Of a stretch of DNA of 37,211 nucleotides, positions 10,163 to 20,657 are shown piece by piece. How positions within the stretch are numbered: position 1 is the first letter of the stretch; each line of letters starts with the position of its first letter. Under the pieces are notes generated by a model, which saw only the letters and a program-made list of their open reading frames with translations, searched no databases and was not told the origin of the DNA. The DNA comes from an uncultured Gammaproteobacteria bacterium (GTDB lineage Bacteria; Pseudomonadota; Gammaproteobacteria; Thiohalorhabdales; Thiohalorhabdaceae): positions 1-37,211 of the forward strand of contig CAYVMM010000002.1 of NCBI GenBank assembly GCA_964452535.1, in the 5' to 3' direction. The position numbers and the translations under genes were made by a program.

Positions 10163-11134
10163 TTACCAACGAAGGAGGGCTGAGCCCCAGGTAAAACCGC
10201 CACCAAAGGCTTCCAGCAGAACCAAGTCCCCAGGCTGGATACGAGCCCTTCGCACACCTTCATCCAGCGCCAGGGGGACCGAGGCGGCGGAGGTATTGCC
10301 ATGGCGATCAACAGTGACAATCACCCGATCCATAGACAGGCCCAGCTTCTTCGCAGTGGCTTGAATAATGCGAATGTTGGCCTGGTGAGGAACCAGCCAG
10401 TCCACTTCCCCTTGTTGCAACCCATTGGCTGACAAGGTCTCCTCAACTACCTGGCCGAGGGTATTTACAGCGACCCGGAAAACCTCATTGCCCCGCATAT
10501 GGATAGTGCTCTCCGGATCTCCCGATTGCCATCCTGTGGTCACGCCTCGGGGCACTGTAAGCAAATTGTCCTGACTGCCGTCGGCATGGAGATGGGTGGA
10601 AAGGATCCCCCGCGCTTCGTTGGAATCTGCCTCGAGGACTACGGCCCCCGAGCCATCCCCGAACAGAACACAAGTGCTTCGATCCTGCCAATTAACGATG
10701 CGGGAAAGGATCTCCGCTCCCACCACAAGCGCTCGACGGGCGGCTCCCGACTTGAGGAAGCTATTGGCGGTGGCCAGGGCATAGATGAAGCCAGTACAAA
10801 CCGCCTGAACGTCGAAAGCAGGTGAGCTCAAGGCCCCCAGGCGACCTTGGAGGAGGCAGGCCGTACTGGGGAAGACACGGTCGGGAGTAGTGGTGGCAAC
10901 GAGGATCAGATCGATTTCCTGAGGAGTCCGGCCAGCCGCCTCAAGGGCTCGACGAGCAGCTGTCTCGGCCAAATCAGTTGTTGTTTCTTCAGCAGCCGCA
11001 AGGCGGCGCTCCTTGATCCCGGTTCGCGCTGTAATCCAATCGTCACTGGTGTCTACCAGTCCTTCCAGGTCCCCATTACTCAGGACCTCCGTGGGAAGGT
11101 AACTGCCTGTGCCAGTAATTCGTGCGCCTGTCAT
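10163..11134 (-). CDS. fabH: 3-oxoacyl-ACP synthase III
   Basis: [40 protein letters not shown]. Confidence 0.97.
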   Translation of the reverse strand: MTGARITGTGSYLPTEVLSNGDLEGLVDTSDDWITARTGIKERRLAAAEETTTDLAETAARRALEAAGRTPQEIDLILVATTTPDRVFPSTACLLQGRLGALSSPAFDVQAVCTGFIYALATANSFLKSGAARRALVVGAEILSRIVNWQDRSTCVLFGDGSGAVVLEADSNEARGILSTHLHADGSQDNLLTVPRGVTTGWQSGDPESTIHMRGNEVFRVAVNTLGQVVEETLSANGLQQGEVDWLVPHQANIRIIQATAKKLGLSMDRVIVTVDRHGNTSAASVPLALDEGVRRARIQPGDLVLLEAFGGGFTWGSALLRW

Positions 11135-11147
11135 CTCCTGCCCTGGC

Positions 11148-12158
11148 CTATTTTGCTATCTCCAGCATATGCTGGAGCTCACAAGTAATTCGCCGGTTCA
11201 TATGATGCCGGGCCTCGGAGACCGCCACCTCAATGGCTTTGGCAAAGGCATAGGCATCAGCACTTCCATGACTCTTCACGACGATCCCATTAAGACCCAG
11301 TAACATCGCGCCATTGTATTCACGGTGGTCTACTCGCCGCTTAAAATCCCGGAGAACACCTCGGGCCAGGACCGCCGCAAATTTGGCTAGCCAATTGGCT
11401 GCAAAGGCCTCCCGCAAGAAATGGGCGATCAGCTCCGCCGTGCCTTCGGAGGTCTTCAAGGCGACGTTGCCGACAAAGCCATCTGCCACTACGACATCCA
11501 CCTGACCCCGGAAGATATCCCGGCCTTCGACGTTGCCAATATAGTTCAGCTGACTTTCGCGCAAGAGCTGGCCAGCTATCTTGACCACTTCATTACCCTT
11601 AATATGCTCTTCACCGATATTCAGGAGCCCTACGGAGGGATGCTCAACCCCATATACAGCCCGGGACGCTACAACTCCCATAACGCCGAACTGAAAGAGG
11701 TGAACAGCGTCGCAGTCCACATTGGCCCCCAAATCGAGCATTAGGACCTGCCCTTCCCGCGTGGGGAGAAAGGTGGCAATAGCCGGACGATCGATACCGG
11801 GCAAGGTTTTCAATATAAACCGAGAAATGGCCATGAGCGCGCCGGTATTGCCCGCACTGACCAAACCTTCCACCTCCTCCCCCTTGACCAGCTGGGCAGC
11901 CACATGCATGGAAGAATCGCGCTTGCTTCGCATGGCGTGGGAGACATCGTCATCCGAAGCCACCGCCTGGGTTGCCTTCCTATACGAGAGACGTGGATGC
12001 GTCGCCAAGCCTTCCTGGGTAAGGGTTTCCCGGAGGCTCTCCTCCGGGCCCACCAAGATCAGCTCCAACTCGGGGTGGTGTGCCAGCACAGAGGCCGCTG
12101 CAGGGATAACCACCGAAGGGCCATGGTCGCCACCCATCGCGTCCAGGGCTATCCGCAT
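11148..12158 (-). CDS. plsX: Phosphate acyltransferase
   Basis: [40 protein letters not shown]. Confidence 0.97.
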   Translation of the reverse strand: MRIALDAMGGDHGPSVVIPAAASVLAHHPELELILVGPEESLRETLTQEGLATHPRLSYRKATQAVASDDDVSHAMRSKRDSSMHVAAQLVKGEEVEGLVSAGNTGALMAISRFILKTLPGIDRPAIATFLPTREGQVLMLDLGANVDCDAVHLFQFGVMGVVASRAVYGVEHPSVGLLNIGEEHIKGNEVVKIAGQLLRESQLNYIGNVEGRDIFRGQVDVVVADGFVGNVALKTSEGTAELIAHFLREAFAANWLAKFAAVLARGVLRDFKRRVDHREYNGAMLLGLNGIVVKSHGSADAYAFAKAIEVAVSEARHHMNRRITCELQHMLEIAK

Positions 12159-12234
12159 AACAGCCCCTTACCTAAGCAGCCTAGCATGCATACCGGAGAG
12201 CCCATCCCTCGAGGCCGTACCAACGGGGCAGGAT

Positions 12235-12420
12235 TTATTCTTCCTCGGCAACTGGAAGCACCTGGCGCCCGCGGTAGGATCCACAGCTCGCACAGAGGTG
12301 ATGAGGGCGCTTGGATTCCCCGCATTCGGGGCATACCCCTAGGTTGGCAGGTCGGATGGCATGGTGGGAACGCCGCCGGTCGCGGCGCCCCTTGGAGGTC
12401 TTCTTCTTGGGTACAGCCAT
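12235..12420 (-). CDS. rpmF: 50S ribosomal protein L32 (Cys-containing zinc-ribbon form)
   Basis: MAVPKKKTSKGRRDRRRSH...CPECG...PHHLCASCGSY; ATG 12420 with a GGAG SD. Confidence 0.96.
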   Translation of the reverse strand: MAVPKKKTSKGRRDRRRSHHAIRPANLGVCPECGESKRPHHLCASCGSYRGRQVLPVAEEE

Positions 12421-12596
12421 ATTATGAACTCCCAAGCCGCTAAAGGCAGACGGTGATCGACAGCCCCAGAGGGCCTTTGGGCGCCGGCCTACAGGAGTAA
12501 ACTCCCTAGTGCCTTCGCCTTTTTGCCAAGATGTTCTGCCCTTCCTCCGCACTCGAGCCCAAGGAAGGGAACGAACTCCAGCGACGGATACCAGAT

Positions 12597-13157
12597 TTAA
12601 TGGCCCTCCTTGAGCCGGGCGAGGACAGCAAAGGGGTTTTCACGCCGGCCTTGAGAGCAGCTGCATTCTGCCTCGTTCCGGTTGGTTCCGCAAACCGGGC
12701 ATAATCCCTTGCAGGTCTCCGAACAAATGGGGCTCTGGGGAAGCCCCAAAAGCCACTCGTCCTCCAGTGAGCCTACAAGGTCTAGCTCGCCGCCGGGTGC
12801 CTCGATCTGATCATCCGGGAGATTGGGAACCCCAACGCCGCCTTGGGGTACGGGATCCCGAGGTGCTGTCTTCCCCGGCTCCGGGTTCACGGTCAGGAAG
12901 ATCTCACTCCCCAAGGGGCGGCTAAATTGGATTCGGCAATATTCGCAATGGAGATAGGTCCGACCCTGCACCCAGCCGCTCAAGAGGTAAACATCGCTAT
13001 GGGGATCAAGGCGGAGAGCGATCTCCACCGCTTCCGGGAGCCCCCCTGTAGCCTCCTTCAAGCGATGGAGACGTCGTGGGGGGATGCCCCCTCGCAAGAC
13101 AATTCCCTCGGGGGGAACCTGCGCCAGTCGGATTATGGTTTCGCGCAACTCCCGCAT
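12597..13157 (-). CDS. yceD: YceD/DUF177 family protein
   Basis: CxxC (CEYC), C-terminal CSETCKGLCPVCG and NPFAVL; directly upstream of rpmF. Confidence 0.88.
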   Translation of the reverse strand: MRELRETIIRLAQVPPEGIVLRGGIPPRRLHRLKEATGGLPEAVEIALRLDPHSDVYLLSGWVQGRTYLHCEYCRIQFSRPLGSEIFLTVNPEPGKTAPRDPVPQGGVGVPNLPDDQIEAPGGELDLVGSLEDEWLLGLPQSPICSETCKGLCPVCGTNRNEAECSCSQGRRENPFAVLARLKEGH

Positions 13158-13163
13158 AGATGT

Positions 13164-13871
13164 CTAATTATAGCTTTCCACAGCAGGTCGATCCAGGTAG
13201 CGGAAACCGAGATGCTCCATAACCTGCTCGAAATCTTCAGCCCAAGCGTCCGGTCGCCACTGGGCCAACTGCTCTGGGCTATGCACCCCATAGGTGACAG
13301 CCAAGCGGGGCAATCCGAGCCGGTGTGCCATTTCCATATCGAAGGCAGTGTCGCCGACAAGCACGGCCTGCTGCGGTTCAAGTCCAAGTTCCTGAAGCAT
13401 CTCCAGAAGCATCCGGGGATTGGGCTTGGATGCTGTCTCATCGGCACATCGGATAGTATGGAATGTCGTCTGCATTCTCCATTCCCGCAACATCCTGTCC
13501 AGGCTGTGACGGGACTTACCGGTTGCCACTCCCAGCAATTGTCCTCGTGCCCGAAGCCAGTGCAAGCCCTCCCAAACCCCTGGGAAAAAAGGCATCTTCG
13601 TGACCTCAATAGCCTGGAAGCGGCGACTGTAAATGGCCTTTATGCGTTGCCAATCCCCTTCTTTAGCTTCTGGTGCAAGGACTTCCAAAGCCTCTTGTAG
13701 GCCCAAGCCGATGACTTGCTGGCAGTGCTTTGCCGGTGGGGGTCCAATGCCAGCCTCTTCGAAGGTCGCCTGCAGGGTCTCGACGATGACCCTACAACTA
13801 TCTACGAGAGTGCCGTCCCAATCGAAAATAACAAGCTGCGCTTGCTCGGCCTTCCAGTGAGTAGAGATCAA
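13164..13871 (-). CDS. HAD-IA hydrolase (phosphoglycolate phosphatase-like)
   Basis: IFDWDGTLVDS, ATGKS, SKPNP, VGDTAFD; TTG start overlaps the rluC stop (TTGA). Confidence 0.9.
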   Translation of the reverse strand: MISTHWKAEQAQLVIFDWDGTLVDSCRVIVETLQATFEEAGIGPPPAKHCQQVIGLGLQEALEVLAPEAKEGDWQRIKAIYSRRFQAIEVTKMPFFPGVWEGLHWLRARGQLLGVATGKSRHSLDRMLREWRMQTTFHTIRCADETASKPNPRMLLEMLQELGLEPQQAVLVGDTAFDMEMAHRLGLPRLAVTYGVHSPEQLAQWRPDAWAEDFEQVMEHLGFRYLDRPAVESYN

Positions 13872-14872
13872 GTGTGCTCCTGATCAAGGGGTGCAGAGCT
13901 GGCCTTATCGAGCTCGATGAGTCTATCAAGGACGCCTTGGAGTTCCGGGGGCAAGGGGGCTCGGAAGGTAAGGGGATTCCCGCTGACCGGATGGGGAAGG
14001 CGCAGCTCCGCTCCATGAAGGAAGATCCGCTTAAGGCCGAAGGAGGCTGCTTCTCCGTTGGCCGCCCCATCTCCATAGACCGGATCGCCTGCCAAAGGGT
14101 GTCCTAGATAGTGGGCATGAACGCGGATCTGATGGGTTCGCCCACTTTTTGGCTCGGCCTGGACTAAGGTGAAACTTGGAAGAATGCGTAGCACAAAGAA
14201 ACGGGTCTCGGCCTTCCAACCGGATTCGGGATCCACGATCATAGTCCAATTTGAGCCCCCATCCCACTCTCGCCGCAGGGGGGCGGTCACTTCGGCCTTC
14301 CATTGGGTCCATTCCCCAGCCAGCAAAGTCAGATAGCCTTTTTCTACTTGACCTTGACGAAAGGCTGCCTGGAGGGCCCGAGTAGCCCGGGCGCCTTTAC
14401 CCACTGCCAAGCAGCCAGAGGTTCCCCGATCTAAGCGGTGGGCCAAGCCCCATTCCACCTGGGGACGCAGTGCCCTGAGGACCTCGATTGCACCGCAGGG
14501 GGTGCCGCTGCCGCCATGCACGGCAATCCCCGAGGGCTTGTCTAGGACTCCCATCTCCGAATCCTCGAACAGGAAGGCAGAGGCTATCTTATCCCGAAGT
14601 TGCTTAGGCACCGGCGCCTGAGTGGCAGCTGCTGAACGCACCGAAACCGGTGGCAAACGGACTCGATCCCCTTCTCGGATTCGGGTTCCGGGTCGACATC
14701 GGCTCCCATTCACACGCACCTCACCCTTGCGGAGCATGCGATAGATACGCGCTCGGGGGACGCCCTTGAACTGAGCGAAAAGAAAATTGTCAATCCTTTG
14801 GCCAGAGCGCTCGCGGCCAATAGTAATCCATTGGACACCTTCGGGCTTTTCTGAACGCCTGTCCTGCACCAT
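13868..14872 (-). CDS. rluC: 23S rRNA pseudouridine synthase RluC
   Basis: S4 domain (GQRIDNFL...RKGEVRVNG), KPSGIAVHGG, HRLDRGTSG, GRTHQIRVH; divergent from rne; start moved to ATG 14872. Confidence 0.93.
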   Translation of the reverse strand: MVQDRRSEKPEGVQWITIGRERSGQRIDNFLFAQFKGVPRARIYRMLRKGEVRVNGSRCRPGTRIREGDRVRLPPVSVRSAAATQAPVPKQLRDKIASAFLFEDSEMGVLDKPSGIAVHGGSGTPCGAIEVLRALRPQVEWGLAHRLDRGTSGCLAVGKGARATRALQAAFRQGQVEKGYLTLLAGEWTQWKAEVTAPLRREWDGGSNWTMIVDPESGWKAETRFFVLRILPSFTLVQAEPKSGRTHQIRVHAHYLGHPLAGDPVYGDGAANGEAASFGLKRIFLHGAELRLPHPVSGNPLTFRAPLPPELQGVLDRLIELDKASSAPLDQEHT

Positions 14873-14919
14873 GGGGAACTTCTTACCTTCTGCCAAATCG
14901 GATCGGTTAAGAACGTAAA

Positions 14920-14948
14920 TTGAAGCAATTCTATCGGTTCGATACGAT
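14920..14948 (+). promoter_or_regulatory. sigma70-like promoter for rne
   Basis: TTGAAG (14920-14925), 17 nt spacer, TACGAT (14943-14948). Confidence 0.6.
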
Positions 14949-14954
14949 GGTATT

Positions 14955-15231
14955 GGTCTCAGGGACACGGGCCTCTGGGGTTACAGTCCCCGGGGCACGT
15001 ATACCCCCCCACGGGAAAACCATTCGATTTTTGGTTCCCACCCTGACGCTTTGCTGCGAACGCAACAAGGCGACATTAAGCCCTTAGCGCAGCCGTCCAT
15101 ACTTCGAAAGCGCGGCGCGCTAAAGGCCAGATCCGTAAGGATTCGGACGCCAACAGGCTACCGAATATCCCCCGAACAAGTACGAGTGCAAACCTTTCGT
15201 GCCTGGCGGCCATAGGAGCCAAAAACCCAAA
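14955..15231 (+). promoter_or_regulatory. Long structured rne 5' UTR
   Basis: Several stems (TCAGGG/CCCTGA, CTCTGGGG/CCCCGGGG, CGCTTTG/CAAGGCG, TTAGCGC/GCGCTAA) lie between the promoter and the ATG. Confidence 0.55.
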
Positions 15232-17752
15232 ATGAAACGCATGCTCATCAATGCAACCAACCCGGAAGAGCTCCGGGTGGCGGTGGTGGAGGGGCAAAAA
15301 CTCCTCAACCTGGATGTCGAGAACGCCGCCTACCAACAAAAACAGGGCAACATCTACAAGGGACGGGTGACCCGGGTGGAAGCCAGCCTACAAGCTGCCT
15401 TCGTCGAATATGGCGGTGGCCGTCAGGGCTTCCTCCCCATCAAAGAAGTTGGCTGGGAATATTATCCTGAAAATGAACAAGGCAAAACCCTTTCTCCGCG
15501 CAAGGTCCGTATCCAGGATGTCCTAGCCGAAGACCAGGAGCTCATTGTCCAGATCGATAAGGAGGAGCGCGGGAGCAAAGGCGCGGCCCTGACTACCCTG
15601 CCCTCGCTTGCCGGACGATACCTCGTCCTCATGCCCAACAATCCCCGCGCAGGGGGAGTATCCCGACGGATCGAGGGAGAGGAGCGTAAGGAGCTCAGAG
15701 AGACCCTTAGCTCCCTAGAGCTACCTGAAGGGATGGGGTTGATCATTCGAACGGCAGGAATCGGCAAAGGCGCCGATCAGCTTCAACCTGACCTGAACCA
15801 TCTCCTCCATCTCTGGCACTCCATCCTGGAGCAGGCGGAGAGCCAAAGTGCCCCCTTTCTCATCTATCAGGAGGGCAATACCATCATTCAGGCCCTTCGA
15901 GACAATTTTGAGGAAGAGATCAACGAAATTCTGGTCGATGACCCGGAAGTGGCGGATACGGCGCGCCAATTTATGCAGGCCATAATGCCCGAGTGTGCCA
16001 ACCGGGTAAAATTCTACAAGGACTCCATCCCGCTGTTCTCCCGCTTCCAGATCGAGCACCAGATCGATACGGCCTACAGCCGGGAGGTGCCTCTAGAAGG
16101 CGGGGGAAGCTTGGTCCTTGATCCCACCGAGGCGTTGGTTTCGATTGACGTTAATTCGGCCAAGGCCACCAAAGGCCAGGATTTAGAGGAAACCGCCTTG
16201 CAGACCAATCTGGAGGCAGCCGAGGAGATTCCGCGGCAATTGCGCTTACGCGATGTGGGAGGGCTTGTCGTGATCGATTTTATCGATATGAAGCGCAAGC
16301 GCAACATTCAGGCGGTGGAGGACAAGCTCCGGGAATCGGTTAAAGCAGACCGCGCGCGTATCAAAGTGGGCAAAATCTCCCGCTTTGGACTGATGGAGAT
16401 GACGCGGCAACGACTGAGGCCGTCCCTGGGGGAGGCCACCCATATGGCTTGCCCTCGGTGCAATGGCCAAGGCCGACTCCGGACCATTGAATCCTCGGCC
16501 TTACATCTCCTCCGCATCCTGGAGGAGGAAAGCCTCAAGGAACAGACGACTTACATTGATGCCCGCGTACCGGTGGAGATGGCCTCTTATCTGCTTAACG
16601 AGAAGCGCTCAGGGCTCAGCCTCTTGGAGGAGCGCTACGGGGTGCAGGTTACCATTATACCGGATCCCAATCTCCTTACTCCCAGCTATGTCGTAGAGCG
16701 CGGTCGGACCAAGGACCTCGAAGTGAGAAAGGGTCCGGCCCTGAGCTATAAGCAGATCCCTGAGCCAGAGCCCGCTGAGAGTCCACGCAGTGGTGAAACG
16801 GAGCCCCTTAGCAGTGCTTCCTATCCTCTTTCTCCCACTGGTGCAACCCTTCGTCCCCAACAGCCGGAACCGGAATCGGCTCTAGCCGGCTCGTCCGTTT
16901 CGGAAGAAGGCCCTCCCTACTCCTTCCTGAAGCGCATGCTGGGGGTCCCTTTGTGGGAGCAGCCCCCCGCCCACCTCTTTTCCGAGAGGGAGGGCCAAGG
17001 TGACATGCCCCCTTCCGAAGACAGGGATAAGGAAGGTGATGCTCCAGAGACCACCCAAGAAGGCTCCTCCGCCCCTTCGCGAAGGGGCTCCAGCCGGCGT
17101 GGCCGCCGCTCATCCCGCGGCCGAGGCTCTCGATCACAGGGAATCGGGGTGAACACTTCTCAGTCTGCCTCCGACTCAAGGCAAGCCAACGGGGGTAATG
17201 AGCAAGCGAATGCCCAGTCTATGGTCCCAGCCGGGGCATCCGAAAAGCCACTATGGCATAGCGAAGGGGGCCCACCTTCTGGGGAGGCAGCAGAGATAGG
17301 GACGGAAGCGGAGCAGGCCGGATCACATGAGGACCGGCCAGGGGGCCAGCAGGGTCGTTCACGCCCGCCGGGGCTCGAGGGGCGGACGTCGGCGCGGGGG
17401 GCGACGTCATTCGGTTAGCTCTAAGGAAGAAGGAGCACGGAGCGAGCAAGACTCTCAAGAAGGAGTGGAGGGCAAAGCGAAGGCTTCTCATGCTAACAGC
17501 CGAGCCGATAAGGACCAGCCTGAGAGACAAAACACAGCAAACCCGACGCAAGATTCAGCGAAGGGGAAAAGGAGCCAGTCCAACCAGAAGCAGAAGCGAG
17601 TCTCCCCTCCCAAACCCACTACCGAGGAGATTCAGGTACCAGCGCATACGGCAGAGATCTTCGAAACGGGCGAGGCGCAGGCGACAGGGGGGAGCACTGT
17701 TCATTCCTCCCCTCCGCAACAGGTCGAGCAGGAACCCCCTAGTGAATCCTGA
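15232..17752 (+). CDS. rne: Ribonuclease E; the frame as given stops at 17418, with an apparent +1 frameshift at 17364-17366
   Basis: MKRMLINAT...GNIYKGRVTRVEASLQAAFV, DVNSAK, DFIDM, CPRCNGQG Zn-link, Arg-rich disordered tail. Removing one C joins the frame ending at 17752 (839 aa). Confidence 0.92.
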
Positions 17753-17770
17753 GGAGCCCTTATTCGATTC

Positions 17771-17810
17771 TAAGCAAAAGCCCCGCCTTGGCAGGCGGGG
17801 CTTTTGCTTA
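17771..17810. terminator. Bidirectional rho-independent terminator
   Basis: Perfect 18-bp inverted repeat TAAGCAAAAGCCCCGCCT-TGGC-AGGCGGGGCTTTTGCTTA between the convergent rne and csp genes. Confidence 0.9.
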
Positions 17811-17832
17811 CCTAAGCGAAACGGGCAAGAAG

Positions 17833-18036
17833 CTAGGAGGTATGGACGACGCTGGCCTTCTCCCCTTTGGGACCGGTTTCGCTCTCAAAGGAGACAGTTT
17901 GGCCTTTGGTTAGGCTCTTAAACCCTTCCTCCTGAATGGCCGAGAAGTGGACGAAAACGTCCTCACCACCGTCATCGGGGGCAATGAAACCGAAACCCTT
18001 GGCATCGTTGAACCACTTAACCGAACCTTGACGCAT
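17833..18036 (-). CDS. Cold-shock protein (CspA family, 67 aa)
   Basis: [13 protein letters not shown] (RNP1) and DVFVHFSAI (RNP2); ATG 18036 with an AGGAG SD. Confidence 0.95.
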   Translation of the reverse strand: MRQGSVKWFNDAKGFGFIAPDDGGEDVFVHFSAIQEEGFKSLTKGQTVSFESETGPKGEKASVVHTS

Positions 18037-18143
18037 TAACCCATACTCCTGAAGGAACCAAAAAGCGCATGCCTGGCGCACCGAGGCTAGGACTCCGGGC
18101 GAAGGGTCCGGACCCCTTTCCACGGCCAGGACACAAATAAGCT

Positions 18144-18172
18144 ACGATACGCGCCATTGGAGGGAGGAGCAA
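18144..18172 (-). promoter_or_regulatory. Possible sigma70 promoter for csp
   Basis: TTGCTC, 17 nt spacer, TATCGT; would give a ~100 nt leader. Confidence 0.4.
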
Positions 18173-18246
18173 CCCCTTCTTCCAGCTAGGAGTAAGAAGG
18201 GCTTTTATCTGAGGGGATAGGCCAAAGGCCGAGCAACAGGTTGGTC

Positions 18247-18321
18247 TGGCTCCCCGGGCCGGATTCGAACCAGCGACTCGGTGGTTAACAGCCACCTGCT
18301 CTACCACTGAGCTACCGGGGA
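18247..18321 (-). tRNA. tRNA-Asn (GTT)
   Basis: TCCCCGGTAGCTCAGTGGTAGAGCAGGTGGCT-GTT-AACCACCGAGTCGCTGGTTCGAATCCGGCCCGGGGAGCCA; folds as a cloverleaf with an encoded CCA. Confidence 0.97.
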
Positions 18322-18333
18322 AACGGGCAGAAA

Positions 18334-18362
18334 AATGTATCCCAGCCTGCGAAGGGTGTCAA
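18334..18362 (-). promoter_or_regulatory. sigma70 promoter for tRNA-Asn
   Basis: TTGACA (18362-18357), 17 nt spacer, TACATT (18339-18334). Confidence 0.75.
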
Positions 18363-18485
18363 CGACGGCCTATCATCAAATCCCATCCCTGCGACCGGCT
18401 TCAGCTAGGATGGGGCAGAGGCCCCATATGAGAGGGGCTATCCCGACAATCGTTTCCAGGACTGACTTGCCCCGGGTAGTAATGG

Positions 18486-18986
18486 CTATCCGAGGGCATC
18501 TAGGGCCTGCTGGTAATCGGGCTCCTCCGCAATCTCGGGTACCAACTGCCGGTGGATCACGCGATCGTCCTCGTCTAGGACCACAATTGCCCGGGCTGCG
18601 AGGCCAGCGAGTGGGCCATCCTCGATTAGAACCCCATAATTCTGGGCAAATGACTTGTCCCGCATCATGGAAAGAGGAACCACATTGTCTAGGCCTTCGT
18701 CCCCGCAGAATCGCTGCTGGGCAAATGGAAGATCAGCCGAGACGACGAGAATCATGGCGTCGGGGTGCTCTCGAGCGTACTGATTGAATTTGCGAGTCGA
18801 TTCAGCGCAGACTGGCGTATCAAGGCTCGGAACGATGTTGAGAATGCGCTTTTTGCCTGAAAAGTCCGCGAGTGTGCGAGTGTTTAAATCCTTGTCGACA
18901 AGCTTGAAATCTGGGGCTTGTGCGTGCACTTGGGGTAGATCCCCGTTGGTGTGAATCTCTGTACCTTTGAAGGTCACGCTTGCCAT
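18486..18986 (-). CDS. tpx: Thiol peroxidase (atypical 2-Cys peroxiredoxin)
   Basis: [31 protein letters not shown]; ATG 18986 with a GAGGAG SD. Confidence 0.95.
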   Translation of the reverse strand: MASVTFKGTEIHTNGDLPQVHAQAPDFKLVDKDLNTRTLADFSGKKRILNIVPSLDTPVCAESTRKFNQYAREHPDAMILVVSADLPFAQQRFCGDEGLDNVVPLSMMRDKSFAQNYGVLIEDGPLAGLAARAIVVLDEDDRVIHRQLVPEIAEEPDYQQALDALG

Positions 18987-19174
18987 TGGATGCTCCTCTT
19001 GCGCTTGATGAGCCATTCAGCCAAAGGATCTCACGGACACCCAAGCTTAACCGGGCCCCCGATTGCCACTAACCTCGACATCGCATCTAGGGAGGAGGGG
19101 TTTGTCAATCGGGCACCCCCGGCAGGCTCTGCGGCCTATCCCCTTGACTTGACTTGCGGCAAGGAGTGGCGCGG

Positions 19175-19453
19175 TCATTGCCCCCCAAACCGACGGCACG
19201 GCGCAAGCTCCCCTCCCCACTCTTCCAGCAGCTCGGCCCGAACCCGCCTATCGGATCGGGCTGACAACAGAGTTTCCTTGGCTACAGGAATTTGAACCGC
19301 TTGCCAGCCCCCGTCGAGCGCGCATTCCACTCGAACCATCCATTCCCCTGCCGCGGGCTCTACTTCGTAAAGATAGGCCGCCAGCCCCATCTCCTCCAGT
19401 AGGTCTTCCACCACCTCTTGGGTCAAGCGAAGCTCTTCTGTAGAAACTTCCAT
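19175..19453 (-). CDS. Hypothetical protein (~92 aa)
   Basis: Globular-looking acidic ORF (MEVSTEEL...) with a purine-rich SD-like sequence; upstream of and co-oriented with tpx. Confidence 0.65.
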   Translation of the reverse strand: MEVSTEELRLTQEVVEDLLEEMGLAAYLYEVEPAAGEWMVRVECALDGGWQAVQIPVAKETLLSARSDRRVRAELLEEWGGELAPCRRFGGQ

Positions 19454-19648
19454 GGCCTCTCGCCTTCCTTGCTCCTTGCTCCCATGACTCAGCCTGCGCC
19501 CGCTAGCGTAAAGGCCAACCCGAATCATCCCGGCGCCTTGCTTTTTGGGGCAAGGTCGCCCCCACGACAATCTCCCTCAGGTCTGCCTTAGCGGTCGTCT
19601 TGGATGTATCCTTAGGGAGGATTTGGTCCTTCGCAAAGGGAGCCACCT

Positions 19649-20548
19649 ATGGCCTTTTCTGCCTTCTACCACCTCCGACAAATGGCTCCTTGGCTGCAAT
19701 ATGCCCTTCCCCATCAGGCTCTCTCGCGAGGCATGGGGAAACTAGCCCACCTGCGTCGCCCTTGGTTCAGTCAACCCTTGATCCGTTGGTTTTGCTGGCG
19801 CCACAAGATTGATCTGGAGGAAGCCAAAGCTTCCCGTCTCTCCGATTATCCGAATTTCAATGCCTTCTTTACCCGAACTTTACGCCCTGGAGCACGGCCC
19901 ATTTGCCCCGAGCCGGAGGGAATCGCTAGCCCAGCGGATGGCACCTTGCTCCAATTTGGGAGACTGGAAGGGTTCGACTTGCTACAAGCCAAGAGGCAAT
20001 CGCTGGATCTGGTCTCCCTCCTCGGAGGGTCGCCGGAAAGGGTAGAGCCATTCCGCAATGCGGCTTATCTCACCGTCTATCTGGCCCCTCCCGATTACCA
20101 TCGGATCCATATGCCTATTAGCGGCCACTTGAGCGAGATGATTCACATCCCAGGCCGACTCTTTTCTGTCGGACCAGCTACAGCAGCTTCCATTCCCGAT
20201 GTGTTTACTCGCAATGAACGGCTCGTCACCCTGTTCCAGACTGAGAATGGTCCCTTTGCCCTGATCCTAATTGGTGCAATGCTCGTGGGCAGCATCCAAG
20301 TTCGATGGCACGGCACAGTCATGCCCTCCGGGGCTCGCCGCATCCACTATTGGAGCTATCCTGATGCTCAGGACGGCGGGACATGGGCGTTTCAAAAGGG
20401 CAACGAAGTGGGCAGCTTCAATCTGGGCTCCACCGTGATTGTCCTATTCTCGGGCAAGGGCTTGCACTGGCACCGTGCTCTGCAGCCGGGTCAAAAGCTT
20501 CACATGGGGCAATGCTTGGGGGAATGGTCGAGCCAGTGGTCCGATTAG
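19649..20548 (+). CDS. psd: Phosphatidylserine decarboxylase proenzyme
   Basis: FNAFFTRTL, SPADG, YLAPPDYHRIHMP, NERL, GAMLVGSI and the LGST autocleavage motif. Confidence 0.95.
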   Translation: MAFSAFYHLRQMAPWLQYALPHQALSRGMGKLAHLRRPWFSQPLIRWFCWRHKIDLEEAKASRLSDYPNFNAFFTRTLRPGARPICPEPEGIASPADGTLLQFGRLEGFDLLQAKRQSLDLVSLLGGSPERVEPFRNAAYLTVYLAPPDYHRIHMPISGHLSEMIHIPGRLFSVGPATAASIPDVFTRNERLVTLFQTENGPFALILIGAMLVGSIQVRWHGTVMPSGARRIHYWSYPDAQDGGTWAFQKGNEVGSFNLGSTVIVLFSGKGLHWHRALQPGQKLHMGQCLGEWSSQWSD

Positions 20549-20657
20549 CCGTGGGCCACTTCTGCGCTCCGTCTCGTGGGATGAGCCAGCACCGCGGGCA
20601 ACTTGAACCATCGGATCGGGAAAGGTATTTTGGCAGGAGCTTAGCAATGAGGATCCC

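Noticed and set aside
12843-13700. 285-aa + strand ORF
   Set aside because: Antisense shadow of yceD and the HAD hydrolase; no motifs.
17327-17752. Independent 141-aa gene
   Set aside because: Better explained as the frameshifted RNase E tail.
18017-18307. 96-aa ORF (MVEQVAVNHRVAGSNPARG...)
   Set aside because: It is a translation of the tRNA-Asn gene.
18247-18321. tRNA-Asn as an integration site for an island
   Set aside because: No integrase and no duplicated tRNA 3' end seen; the flanking genes are housekeeping.
19080-19108. TTGACA-N17-TGCGAT upstream of tpx
   Set aside because: The -10 element is too weak to call without TSS data.
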